Positions 24,761-37,720 of a stretch of DNA of 64,000 nucleotides are shown in pieces; the first letter of the stretch is position 1; every line of letters begins with the position of its first letter. Source of the DNA: Harriotta raleighana (Eukaryota); assembly GCA_050575255.1 (NCBI GenBank), contig JBNZDD010013687.1, forward strand, positions 4,202,082 through 4,266,081, given 5' to 3'. A model generated the notes under the pieces. That model did not search any database. It was not told the DNA's origin and saw only the letters and a program-made list of their open reading frames with translations. Both the position numbers and the translations under genes were made by a program.

Positions 24761-25981
24761 AAAGGTTAATTCACCTGGTGGTTTTTATCGTCCTTACTCT
24801 TTCTTTCTCTCTCTTCTGGCCCGGCCGCAGAACGAAACGATTCAAAATTGTTATTGTTGTTTTCGAGTGTAAAAGAATGGTGGTAGGAAAGAAAAAGATG
24901 TTTTCGGTACATATTCCAAGGTACTTGCCTTGGAATATGTAGCACTTTTTGAGTTGAGGGCTTTCATGAAATAAAATTGCAATGGCTTCACTGACTTGAT
25001 GTTAATATCCCAACACACATTTATAGCAAAAGGAATCCCCCGAATAAGGCAACCATTACTATTTACATATTAAATATGTGATATGCAATGTTCCATGACT
25101 GCAACCACTATAGGGACAAGAAGTTTCAAACATTCAAGTGATGGTTTGTATTGTGATGGTTTGAAACGCGTTGCGGTGTTCCTGAAGCCCAAAAAGCCAA
25201 CCAAGTATTTGCTCATGGCTTGAAAATTTTCTAACACTTACAATCCACCCCATCCCCAACCCTTCTCTAATTCTTTTGTTTCCGGTAATCAAATTGTAAA
25301 TTAAAACATAGTATTTTTCAGATCATGCAGTTTGAACGAGTTCAATCTTTCAGAAATCTCCCTCCCCACCCCCCTCCATCCGACCTCCACAAACTGAGCA
25401 CTGGAAAGCTGAGGTGAACTTGGAATCAGTGTCACACACACACACACACACACACTGTCCAGAATTCAAAGATCGGGTAATTAAAAGTAAACGAATCAAA
25501 CAGTCTGCAATGTTTTGACGAGACTGACAATGGGATTTGATTTGGAAATCCGCCGCTAAAATTGGTGGAACTTCTCTCTCTTCCCTCCCTCAGTAGCTTG
25601 GTACAGGATTCAAATTCAGAATGATTTGTGTGTTTAGTGTGATGTATTATCATTTCACATAACATTTAAAGATATCGACGGGTACACTGCAGTGTGGCGG
25701 AATTACACCCATTATTCGTGATCTGAAGTAACCATTTTGAAGGTGAAGCATTTTCTTCGTCGATTCTTACATTCTTCGTGGATTTTTTTAAATTTCAGAA
25801 GCAAACACCTCACTGACCCGCATTTAATGTTCCCCAAATTCCTGGGGAATCAAAAGTGTGGCGTCAAGTATAAATAAACTCGTTCCGATTTGCGCAGATC
25901 GGAAAATGGGAAACAAATACCCACAGCTGAACAATTACAAATAAAATCTTAACTCGGAAGATGCAAAATCCAGAAAACAAC

Positions 25982-26006
25982 GTGTGTGTGTGTGTGTGTG
26001 TGTGTG
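25982..26006 (+). repeat. (GT)n microsatellite
   Basis: Seen directly. Another (CA)n run lies at 25433-25455. Confidence 0.95.
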
Positions 26007-27874
26007 CGGGGAAATCAAGATTTTTGGCCAGCTTCCTTTGTCCCGCTGGTAACATTGACAAACACCGAATACTACAATGCGTGACAGAATTTCATTCTTT
26101 GTATCTCTATATAAAACACTTGTTTGTAATTATGACCCACACAAGTGGATTTTGAACATGAATGGCTTTCGCTTTGATCGTTGATCACTGGCGAGACACA
26201 CATTGTCAGAGGAACCGTGAAATTCTCTTAATTATTATGTAATTGCCCTCCTCCCCCCCCCCCCCCCCCCCCCCCCCCCCCNTGGGCCAAACAAAAATTT
26301 AGTGCGAAACTGAGTGGAGAATAACAAGGATGTAAATGGAGCCGAAACCATTCTATTGAAAAGGTTGGCAACAGGAGAGACTTGAGTATCACTACTTCAT
26401 AATCTAATTTCTGTACGTAATGGCATTTGCAGCTGAGATCGGAAATCACTCAGTTTTCCTAATACATTTTATGCTTGTTCCAAAGTCCTATTTGAGTCGA
26501 GATATGCTGCAGAAAATGGTCCAAGTTGGAAATGTTCTGTAACACAGTTTGTTATCTCCTATCTCAGCAAAATGGAACGAACCCTTAACACATATATACA
26601 CACACGTTACACAAATTCTAACTATTCTAAAATATATTGTTAGTCGGGGTGAAACGTGGGACTGAGTTTGACATTTAACGATCCGTGTATTTTAAAAACA
26701 CATTTTTTTTAGACTTGTTAGATTCGGTTATGGATCAGGAATTCTGTGCAAGGGAATTTCAATGTGACAGCTTTGTGCTCTGACACACTGGGATTTTACT
26801 CTTGGATCAGGTATCTGAAGTGGACTATTTTATATTCACACCGGGTCAGATGGGTGCGTGATAATCAACATTTACCAACTAAATCGCCATATTTAATTTG
26901 ATAGGTAACTATAGTAATAGATCACTATGATAAATAAGGTTCCTTCTAGAACATATTCAGTCTTTTCGCGAGCATTGAATTGTAGAAAACACGCTCTCTT
27001 TGATTAGTTTGTATTAATATTTATAATGACAAATATGTATAGAATCTGAAAACGCGGTCGCTTTTTATGTCGAACCCGATACAAACATTTTAGAGGGGAA
27101 ACAAGCAATGACTGAATATTGTAAATTAGAAAGAAACGAGTGCATTATTTTAGGAATTCTGGTATTTATGCACCCACATAAAATATTGGAAAATAAATTG
27201 TCTGCATCATCGCACTTCCAGTTTACAAAGACCTGGACTATGGGGAGGTTTCATTTACTAGATTTACATTGTATTTGATTTTTTTTGGGGGGGTTCCTTT
27301 ATTTATTTTACAATAATGTTAAAATGCAGGGAAGATACGAGCCAGGAGCATTTATTCCACCGAGGAAATTATCGCAAATATAAGGAGTTTCTTGCATTCC
27401 AATTGCGTCCTTCCAATGCTACTAGCAAACCCTAACAAAGTAAAAACAATTTCTTAAGGCAATAAATTGAGCGTTTTACTTTGCTCTGGATGCAGTTGGT
27501 GAAACAAGACTCAGGGCAGTTTCGTGGGTAAATATAAAGTTGGAGCCGTTGTTGTCCTTTGCTCTTAAAATCAACATAACTGACCGACGTTCAGCGAAAG
27601 CACACAGAACCCAGCAGAACCCCCGCTTGATTCCTACCTACAACAACCATCCGCAGCTTCTATTAAACACAGATCAAGGTGAGTGGGTGTCCACGCTCCT
27701 TATCGCATAAACAACGTTAAAACGACTGTAAAGTGGAAAGAATCCGAGTGCTTTCGTTTCAATCCCCTGACGGAAGCCCCTTCTGATTTCACCTTCCGGT
27801 TACACGTTTTGTATTTAGCAAAATAAAACACGTTTATCTCATACGGGATTATCAACCGAACAATTAGTGGGATT

Positions 27875-27980
27875 GACACAAAAACAGAAGTGGCTGGGAA
27901 CGCTCAGCAGGTCAGGCAGCATCTATGGAGAAAGGAAAAGTGAGTTAATGTTTCAGATTGTCAGCACCTGCAGCATTTTG
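27875..27980 (-). mobile_element. Short Penelope-like terminal fragment (same family as 54403-54601)
   Basis: ctcagcaggtcaggcagcatctatggagaaaggaaa is the reverse complement of the core of the 54403 element. Confidence 0.65.
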
Positions 27981-30900
27981 CGATTAGTTAGTCGGATTGT
28001 ATGTTTTGGTTTCCTTCCAGTTCATTTCCTCAAACTTCCACTTAAACAGTTACAGAGATTTCGGTGCATTTTCAGATAAACCGCCTGCAAATGCTGGCTG
28101 GCGAACGGATGGATGGGATTAGATTATTTCTTGTAGCGGTTTGAACCAGAATGCATGTAATTGTTTTGATTTGACTAAAGCGAACACTGTCAAGAAAGTA
28201 TGATCAGGTCCAAACGTTAGAAATAAAAGGGTGAGTGTGACGAGCATTGGTGTGTTATCTTGAGGAGGGTTTTGCTTGTTGGGTGTTATGGTCAAACAAA
28301 AAAAAATGATGTAACTGCGGTATTTACTAAAGGCCTACTAGCATTTAGGACTTGGTTCTGCCTCGCATGCTTCGTATTCCAACCCGAATCTCTTCCTAAT
28401 TTCTAAACCATTATTTCGATACCCAGAACTTCCCAAGTTAATTATTTCCTTCGAGGGAGCAGACAGATTCAGAAGACTGGATTCCTTCTTTTTTTTTTAC
28501 TAAATGAAAGCTCCCCTCTGTCACATCTGATCTCATTCTGCGCCTTGTGTTTAACACGGTATCAGATTAAAACAATGGCAATAATCGTTCAAGGAAAGCA
28601 CGTCTGCTTGAGTCAGGTAGGATTTAATATTAAACATTTCTTTAGCTAAAATGACAAGGTAAAGCGGACTCTGGTCTTCGATTTGTTGTCATTGTGACTA
28701 TCTACATTTACAAATTGACTCGTATAATTGGGAATATGAAAATAAAAAACTTTTATTGAGCTAATTTCAGGAACTTTAAAAAAAAAGTTCTGGATGGTTT
28801 TAGAAGACGGCTGATTGTACATTCACAATATTAGCGGTATGTGAAGCGAGGTGCTAAACTCATCGATAATGTATCTGAAAACTCCCTCTGTATAGGTGTG
28901 TACAAAACCACTTTCTGAGTCGATCAATTTCCTTTTTATTATACAATTAATAAAAAAATTAAAATAAATGTATCATTTTACAGCAGAGGCAGGGCCGCGG
29001 GGGGAGGGGGGTTGCATTGTCTGCCGATTCATTAGGATCAGCAACAACAAAATGAGACTGCGATGTGTCAGACAGAGGTATAACGGATTGGAAATAGAGT
29101 GTGAAAATAAGCCCTGATGTTTTCACCCCTAGGACTGTGATGGGTTTCCCAGCTGAGCAACTCTCACCAAAGGCCATCGGAAAACCCACGGCAAAATTAA
29201 AACAGTGTTAATTGTCTTTTTGTTATTACTGTTGAGCGTCACATTAAAATGGGTTCCTTACTTGAAACCAAGGTTAAAAAAGGATTAGACATGATTATGC
29301 AATGTCTGCGGGGGAGAGGTGGGTGGGGGGAAATAAGTTGATTATCTTTTCCTGTTACTTCACGTAATTGCATATAAAGGTATGACGATAAGTAGCATAA
29401 TTCCAACAGGGATTTGATCGTGTGCTTATGAGCTGAAAAGTGATGTTAATGGAAGGCGTTACTCACGTTACCTGTGTGCAACGAAGAGAAAGTCTGTTCA
29501 CTTTTATTTTTTATTGGCCTTTGAATTTCACAGAACTCGCGGATCTCTCTGCTTTAAAATAAAATGTTTGAATACCGCCGGTTGAAAATGACTTTCAAAC
29601 CAATAGGCAATCCTCACCGCCTAAAAATATATATTTTCCAGTTGGATGAAATGAAAACAAAGACGAGTTACGTATTATTTCAAAAAAATGCTAATAATCT
29701 CGAACGTACATTTTCAACTTCCTAAATAAATCAGGCAGAGATAACTCGAGAAGAGTCGGATCATTTTGTTGAATAAACAACTGTAGTGTATTTTCCAAGA
29801 TCAATTCTTCGGATTTATAACATGGGACCAAAAGAGACAGAGACAGTGACAATGCAGTTGTACCCCCACAAGCTCCTGGCTACAATCTTGTTCTTTTCTC
29901 CCCCTTTCGTGACTTCTAATCCACCAGGCTGGGGCCAAGAGCTTTTCAACAACGAACTTTGGACAAGATAAACAATGTTCCCTGACCTCTGGCAGGGACA
30001 GGACTGAACAATCACTACCTGGTTAACGAACCGGCCAATCTGTAAAAGGTGGAAACAAACAATCTGAACTGAACTGAAAGCACAGGTCAGTATCAGTTAT
30101 ATCAATAAACGAAAAGAAAACGCTGCGTTATTTGACATGTTGATCTGATTTCAGCAAAAGCCCGATAGTTCACATTTTTACTCATCTTTTTTTCACCCTC
30201 TTCTCTCCTTGTTAACTCGTATGAAACAGGAAGTCCATCTAGTTTCTAATATCACAGCCGTGAATTCATTGCATTTCACATGGACTAGAGTTTAGGCAGT
30301 TGGTTACTAATATCAATGAAACTATTAGGCATTGCCTTCTTTATGGTAATTGCTAAATAGAACTTGTTGTTGATCTGTTGGCTCTCCTGGAAGGTACACA
30401 GCACGAATATTAACCTGGAAATAACGTGTGAACAGAACAGACACATAAACTCACTGTATTCAGATCAATGAGAGGATCAGTCATGTTGAAAGGCGCTATA
30501 CAAATGTAATTTTGTTGATGTTTTGGCTGAATTTCTCCCCCACCAGCCCCCCCTCCAAAGAAATCATCAAGTACTTAACATCTGTGTATAAGCTTCTTTA
30601 ACTAATGTACAATCATCTGGTTATGTCACTGATTTGCTTCTCGGGTTCATACTGCGCTTATTATTGATCCTATCGTGTTTTAAACAAATACTTTATATTA
30701 TGTATTCACTAATTTTATTATTCTTGTTTATGTCGGTCAATTTTCGATTGGTAATTATGACATGTATTTCATTTCACCATTTTCAACAAAAAATATATAT
30801 TTTTAAAAAATCAACGTATTCATTCGTTTCCAATCAAAAGTAGGTTCCCTTCCCGTTTGACAGGGAAACAAAACGATTTGTGAATAATATTATCTGGAAG

Positions 30901-33900
30901 GTTGTTCCAAGTTAACGAAAACTATCTGTCAGCGCTATCTGTACAACTGTAGTGCGGATTTATGGATGGAAAATGGAGTTGAGAACTCACGGTTTATTGC
31001 CCTCTGTGTGACAAGTCAGGCTGAGGGCAACTGTATCGGATTGTGCAGTCAGTCCATCAGGATGTCAATATCCAGATTTTCTGAATAAAGGTTCGATATT
31101 GACTGCAAGGTCACCGCAAAGGATACCCTTGAAATCCAGAACGAGCATATTGTGTTCCTCGTTTAGTTACAGAATCTATTTTACGGCCATCGTTGATCAA
31201 CCTAAATACATTGGGAGCTCAAACTATCTCATCGTTTTGTAATGAACGCTTCGCTTTAAAGTCACTTTTACATACATGCATCCATTCGGAAACAATTTTT
31301 TTTTTTGTATTTAAAAAAAGGGTTTGATTTTTCTGCAGAACATTTCCAATGGGGCAAAAACATCCTCTCAACATTCCCCAATCAAACATGTGTGTCAGCA
31401 TCAGTTATCCACATCAGCTGTTACAAAAGGACCTCTCTCCTGGTCCAGATTCCCGTTAAAGGTAGTTTATTCCCTTCTCCTAAGTCTCGAGTTGGGAGAA
31501 ATACATAATTCTTATTCACTCTACAGGCCTTGATCAGTATTGCGTTAACATAGCAGCAAATACCAGAGTACTATTAATGGTCTCTTTTTGCTCTAACTTC
31601 ACTGTCACGTTACCTTCCATTTTGAGTTGCCAAATGCGCGATTTTCCTCCAAATTAGCATTTCCTCCCATTACAGCACAGACTGGGTGCAGAAGTAATTT
31701 GATGGAGGGATTCTGTATTAAAAGCTGACATATGTTATCAGCAAAGCCGGGAACAGAGTTACAGAGTCAAGGGAGAACCAAGTCTTTGGAGTTACTTGTT
31801 GCTCTCCTTATGAGACATTTCTCACATGTCCATCAAAGGCCGCGGCTCTTTCTTGTGCCTTATGGACAAAAATTTCGACAACAATACTCCAACTCTTTCA
31901 TTTCAAAGCAGCTATCAGTGTGGCTGCTCGGCTAGTATTTGTGTTCTTTCTTCTCTTTTGAAACCCACTACAGTCCAAAGGCGTGTTAATACCTTTTGAT
32001 AGGGATTGAATTAATTATCTCCAATAACACAATTGTGCTCGGCCAACGAAAAGAGCAAAGAAATACCCTTCAGAGCCCAAAGAAAAATGGGGTTGGGAGA
32101 AAGAGAAGAGAAGGTCTCTATCGAAATCTGCCTGGGGAGCAGCTGCTCTTTTATCAGAACTTTAAAGAAGTTTCTACAGGAGAGGGACAAAACAGCAGGA
32201 AAGACTGGTTTAAACGCTGATTTATCATATCAATATAATATACATTTTCAGAACCAGAGTAAAAGGCCACATTTGTCAAATTCAGACGAATTAATAACTG
32301 AGACGTTATACATCTATTGAGTATGTCACTGGGACACAATGGCCAGGCTACCTATCTTATCTTTCACACCGGCTTTAAACAGCGCCCACATGAAGTGAGT
32401 CGATATGAAAGCATATCTAAGCTATTATATAGGATGGAATCAGTGAACTAAGCAGAAAATTGAATTGTTTTTGTGTCATAATTACAATTTTAACGAAATA
32501 AAGTCCCTTTTCACTTTGACTTGCAATGGATTTCAGAACCAATCAGTTGTAAGCAGATGATGGATGCTTGTGGCTCCAAATTCAGAGTATGTTTCAATTG
32601 CACAAGTGTTCACCGTCGGCACGAAATAAGTTAAGTTTTAGGGGGATGCGACGATTCACTTTATTTATCAGCGATTGAATACAAGGTGCAGCTTCACACT
32701 TCCAATAACGGGTGTGAAAAAGTGACAACTTTTAAAGTGCATTTGCTTTGACGACGGTAAGTAACACGATATATAATCTAAGTGTTGTAATAAGTGACTG
32801 TGATGGAGCTGAAGTGTTCCACGCTTTAACTCGAGTTTGGTTGCCGCAGTGGCAGGTGTTGGCTGCTGGCGGGAGTGTGTTTAATAGAACAAGCGTAAAA
32901 GATTTACTGTCGTTATAGCAACCGGATCAGCCACGCTTTCTCGAAACGCATTCATCTTTTCTTGTCGCCGTAACACGTTTTTAATTAAACCGTATAAAAG
33001 TTGTTTTGTAGTCTTTTTTTTGGGGGGGGGGGGGGGGGGGGGTGGGGGGTTGAAAATAGTTAATCAGGCTTCACCTTTTGTTGCACGAGTAAAGCATGTA
33101 ACACAATCTAGTGCGATCCCAACAACTGGGGCGTTATCACTTTATCAACTCTTTCCACATAACACAGGAGCCCCGAAGTAATTCGCTGTCGAGTCGTACA
33201 ATCAACAAGGTTCGGTTAACATATAGTCAACAGGAACCTTTTTAAAGGGAAAGCAAGAGGGAAAAAAAATCCTCCCTCCACACTTTTTCAGCTGGTCACT
33301 ATTCTTTTGAAGTGAGCTGAACAGCTGAGACAATGTATTTATTGAACAGCACTAGGATTATCGTTAACAGAAAAGGCTCGGAAACATCCAGTCGGACTCT
33401 AGATCGAGAGAAAGGACACCCAGGTTGTGCCATCTCCAGGGTTACGGCTGGAGGTGGATTCTAACAAGCTCTAACTGGTGTTCTTCTTTATTGAAGGGGA
33501 GGAACTCTCAGCAGCCAGCCTCTGCCACAACAACAAAAAACTTACACTATCACATCTCAGGAGGGATCCAATAAAGCCAGCATTGGCGCGCACGTACACA
33601 CATCTCACACACACACTCACACTCACATATATATCCTTGATTGCCACACCGACTCCACTTTACAGTTATCTGGAACACTTTATCTCTACGAAATTGAAGT
33701 AGAAGTATCACTTGAGATTTACAAAAGAACAAAAATCTAATTTGTAAGTCAATGTAGCTGCAATATAAACCCGCCAAAAAAGCTATCCACCCAAAAGCAC
33801 CCCAGGCCATTTCAGCCTTGTCAATGTGTGATGTAGGAATATAATTGTTAAAGGTCAATACTGAATGCAGCTAGGGCAAATTATTAGTTGATTGAAAAAA

Positions 33901-34100
33901 TCCATCCAGAGCATACATGAGTATTAAATAAAATACTGGATTCGATGTACTGTAGTTTGTCAGGACAATATTTCAGAAACATCAAGCGGTTTGATCTTAT
34001 ACTTGTTTGAGGGAAAGCGCTAAGTTTGTTGAGTTCAAATGAATAACTGGAGAACCATAACACACAGACACACAAGCGTGTCTGGACTTCAGCTGGATAG

Positions 34101-34165
34101 AATGCTTATTCTGTATTCAGAATACTTATTCTGTATTCAGAATACTTATTCTGTATTCAGAATAC
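34101..34165 (+). repeat. 20-bp tandem repeat, about 3.25 copies
   Basis: Unit aatacttattctgtattcag. Confidence 0.95.
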
Positions 34166-35384
34166 AGTAATGCAGCAGCAGATAGTACAGATGAACCCAG
34201 ACATTTCTCACATCTACTGTTCCAATAAACTGCCGCAGGTTTCATTCATATCATCTCATTTTCTAACACGCAGATTAGTGAATAAATAATAGCAAGTACA
34301 TATTTTGAGGTAACCCAAAGGTCAGCCCCTTCGGAAGCTTTTTAAACAATTGGGGACCAGATCATTTGTATTTGGCTCATCTAGAAACTGATGGATAATT
34401 GTTTTCCCCATCGCTATCCTTCCCAAAGTATCTATTTTCTTCACCAGGTGACAGTATGTTGTGGCTGAGTAAATTGATAATGTATTTCGAAGTTTTGTGC
34501 TAAACCTGTGTCCCAATATCACAAAACCTGCAGCAGAATCAGCAGTATATAAACTGCCAAAGATTTAGAATTCTGCTTTTTTACCCATTAAACGTAAAAA
34601 TGCGCTTCGAATTATTTGCAACTGTCATATTCCCTCCTTCCTATATTAACCAACATTCCCCAGATAGTCATTAATGTTTTAGAAATGTTTTCCAATTTTA
34701 TACAGTACCACACACCTGGATAATCATTGTAATCATTTTCATACAAACCTTTTATTGTTTTTTTTAAAACGACATCAAAACACACACACTTTGGATCGTT
34801 CATATATTTTGAATATTACTCATTGGAAAGGGAAGTGTGGTCGGAAACATAATATGAAACAAATAGTATACTAAGTGATCGAATATCTCCATAATATTGT
34901 TGTTGGTGAATATTGTAATCACATTTTTGAAAAATTGAATGTAATTTTCTAAATGGCACTGAATAAAATTTGTTGGGGTTGAACATTGACTTAAGAATGT
35001 AGTTTTGTACAGCAACATAAATCCTGTACCTCTCAATAACCTCAAGTTTAGACACAGATTTTCTCATTTGACTCTAGATTATCATTATTCATGTTTCATT
35101 TAAATGCGTTAGATCGAAATTTCTTGTTACAGCAAATAAAAATCGCATTAGCCCAGTAACGTTCATAAAACTTAATTTAATGTGCATTTATCTAGCATTG
35201 GATCCATGTGGTTTCCTTTTCTGCAAATTAAGGAGCATTATATTAGTTCAAATTGCTTTATACGATATAAAAAATAACTAATGATCTACTAATGATCTAA
35301 TGACTCCAAACCATATACTTTCCATCTCCTGCTACAAATAAAGATTTTCCATGATTTTGTTTGTGTCTGTTAAATTCGATTAAT

Positions 35385-35704
35385 GTGGAGTCCTGTAGCT
35401 CAGTGATTAGAGCACTCGCCTTACAAGCGTGAGACCTGTGTTCGAATCGAGGCAGGTCAGGGCAAAACCTTGGACAAGGTTCCTTACTCCACACTCCTAA
35501 TAATTATCCCTAAAAAATAAACCCAATAATAAAATTGGATATTTCAATCCACGACTGTTTGCGGGATACTGCTGTGTGCAATTGGCTGCCGCATTTTGTC
35601 CACAAATATACAGTCAATTCACTTTATGGTATATTCTGTGAAGCACTTTGAGACGTCTAAAAGATGTGAAAAGCGTAATATCAAATGCAAGGATTATTAT
35701 TATT
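35385..35704 (+). mobile_element. tRNA-derived SINE (same family)
   Basis: tggagtcctgtagctcagtg...gttcgaatc...atcaaatgcaaggattattat. A second tail-only piece follows at approx. 35745-35862. Confidence 0.9.
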
Positions 35705-36065
35705 AACAGTATCCAATGTACATCGATTGGGACTCTAAACACAATGGCCGTGCGTTTTGCCCACAAAATATACAGTCAATTCACTTTACTGTATATTCTG
35801 TGAAGCACCTTGTTATGTCTCAAAGACGTAATAAGATGCTAAATCAAATGCAAGGATTATTATGAATATCGGTTGCATATTGGACACAACTGTGTTCTGC
35901 ATTTAAAAAAAACATACCTTGACTTTCTCATCTTTTTAATTAGGACTGTTTGGTGAAGTTCAAATCTTCACATAACAGAACCAATACAGCGTTGAGCAAT
36001 TCAAAAATTTCTTGCATCATTCAGTATCAAATGCAACCATTTTCAATGTATGGCCTGACCATGTG

Positions 36066-36381
36066 TGGAGTCCTGTAGCTCAGTAGTTCTGGCACTCGCC
36101 TTACAAGTGAGAGACCTGGGTTCAATTCCAGGCAGGTCGAAACCTTGAAACCTTGGGCAAGTTTTCTTAAGTTTCCAGAGGCCTAATAATAATCCGTCAA
36201 AAAAAATTGGTCATTTCAATGTACGACTGTTTGTGGGACACAGTTGTGCCCAATAGGCTGCCTTATTTTGCCAACAAATATACAGTAGTCAATTCACTTT
36301 ACAGTATATTCTGTGAAGTGCTTTGAGACGTCTAGAAGACGTGAAAAATGCTATATTAAATGCAAGGATTATTATTATTAT
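36066..36381 (+). mobile_element. tRNA-derived SINE (same family)
   Basis: Same head, B box ggttcaattcc and (TAT)n tail. Confidence 0.88.
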
Positions 36382-37653
36382 GAGTGTCTTAATTAGCAAG
36401 TTCCAAATATGCTATGCTTTGATTAAAAATAATCTTTATTTCACAGTTTTGCAAATACTAAATCTGTTACAAGACCCAGAAATAGGGGATTTCACATTTG
36501 CACAGTTAATCTCTGCAGTTTGGCATTAACCTAAACATGAACAGCATTGTCAAAATCAACAAGGTTGCCCCTACAGTGCCAGTAATCAATCTTCAGCTTC
36601 ATTGGTACACATTGTCATGCCAACACAGCTTACACCTAAATTAATACGATGAACGCCTGCTCACTGGCATGCCTGTTAGAAGAAAAAGTTACTTCCAAAT
36701 AAGTTTGCTGCAATCTCCTGGCCATAGAGTCTCAAAGACGTGATGAGGTGCTATATCAAATGCTAGGATTATTTATTATTATTAGAGGATTTCAAAAGTA
36801 AAAGAGGTCTTTCATGTCTAGCAATGCAGAATTAAAAACAGAGCAGACAGCTGAGAGAAAACTGAAAGAGTGCTCACAACTCCTAATTTAACTCACACAC
36901 TGAAAAATATCTAAAGCACACTTACAGCAGCAAATTCAGCCGGCTTTTTATTTCACTAGTTCAGTAATTTTCACAAGGTCCAAAGAAACTCAAAACAAAA
37001 CAAGTGTAAAGCTAAAACAAATATGTGCAATATCCTAATTCTAGTATTGTGCTACCATTGGCATATTACTGTATATTTAAACATTTAAAAAAATCAAAAG
37101 AAATAAGAAGCCAAGAGTACAAAAATACATCACAGAGAATGTCAACATAAAGTTAAGAACCACTTTCTTGACTTTTCTAATTCAGTTAAAAATGTAAAAA
37201 TATAATTCTCATTAACCTGTAGAAATCTCTCAGAATACTTGTGTTTTACAGCTGTAAACAAGTGCAGTTGTGCATGTTATGACATTTCAATGGCATGCTA
37301 AGTCATCATTTTCAAAAGAAGGTATCTTCTAAAATCCATTGATTTTTTGCCAAGCATATTACTGACAACATGAAACATATGAGACTATTTATAGACACAC
37401 ATCTTACAAATTCCTGGAAAAGTTGTACTTCTGAAAGTGTCTGGTGTGCAAGTCTACAACTTTGCTAACTCAAAATACCTTAAAGTTTCCAGACTTAAAA
37501 CAATTACATTTTGGTTTTCTTTTTCCTTGGAATGTCGTTTGAGTGTGCTGGTTACAACAACTATTTGTTAAGATGAGGCTTTTTATTTGTACAGTGATGA
37601 ATAGAGTGGCCTGGTCACCAGATGTGACTACATTTTCAGACTCTGCCGCTCAA

Positions 37654-37720
37654 TTAGGTCACCGTCCTGATGTTCCCTGCTCCAACTTTCTTCCTCAGGA
37701 CGTCCACCAGCCGTTCCAAC
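37654..37720 (-). CDS. MIPOL1: Mirror-image polydactyly 1, last coding exon
   Basis: Acceptor ttcttcttttcttcatacag|G with phase matching the previous exon. Translates (K)LERLVDVLRKKVGAGNIRTVT* versus the recalled human LERLVDVLRKKVGTGTMRTVI*. A minus-strand AATAAA lies at 37582-37587. Confidence 0.92.

Noticed and set aside
34101-34165. CRISPR-like array
   Set aside because: The repeats are contiguous with no spacers, in a vertebrate context with no cas genes.
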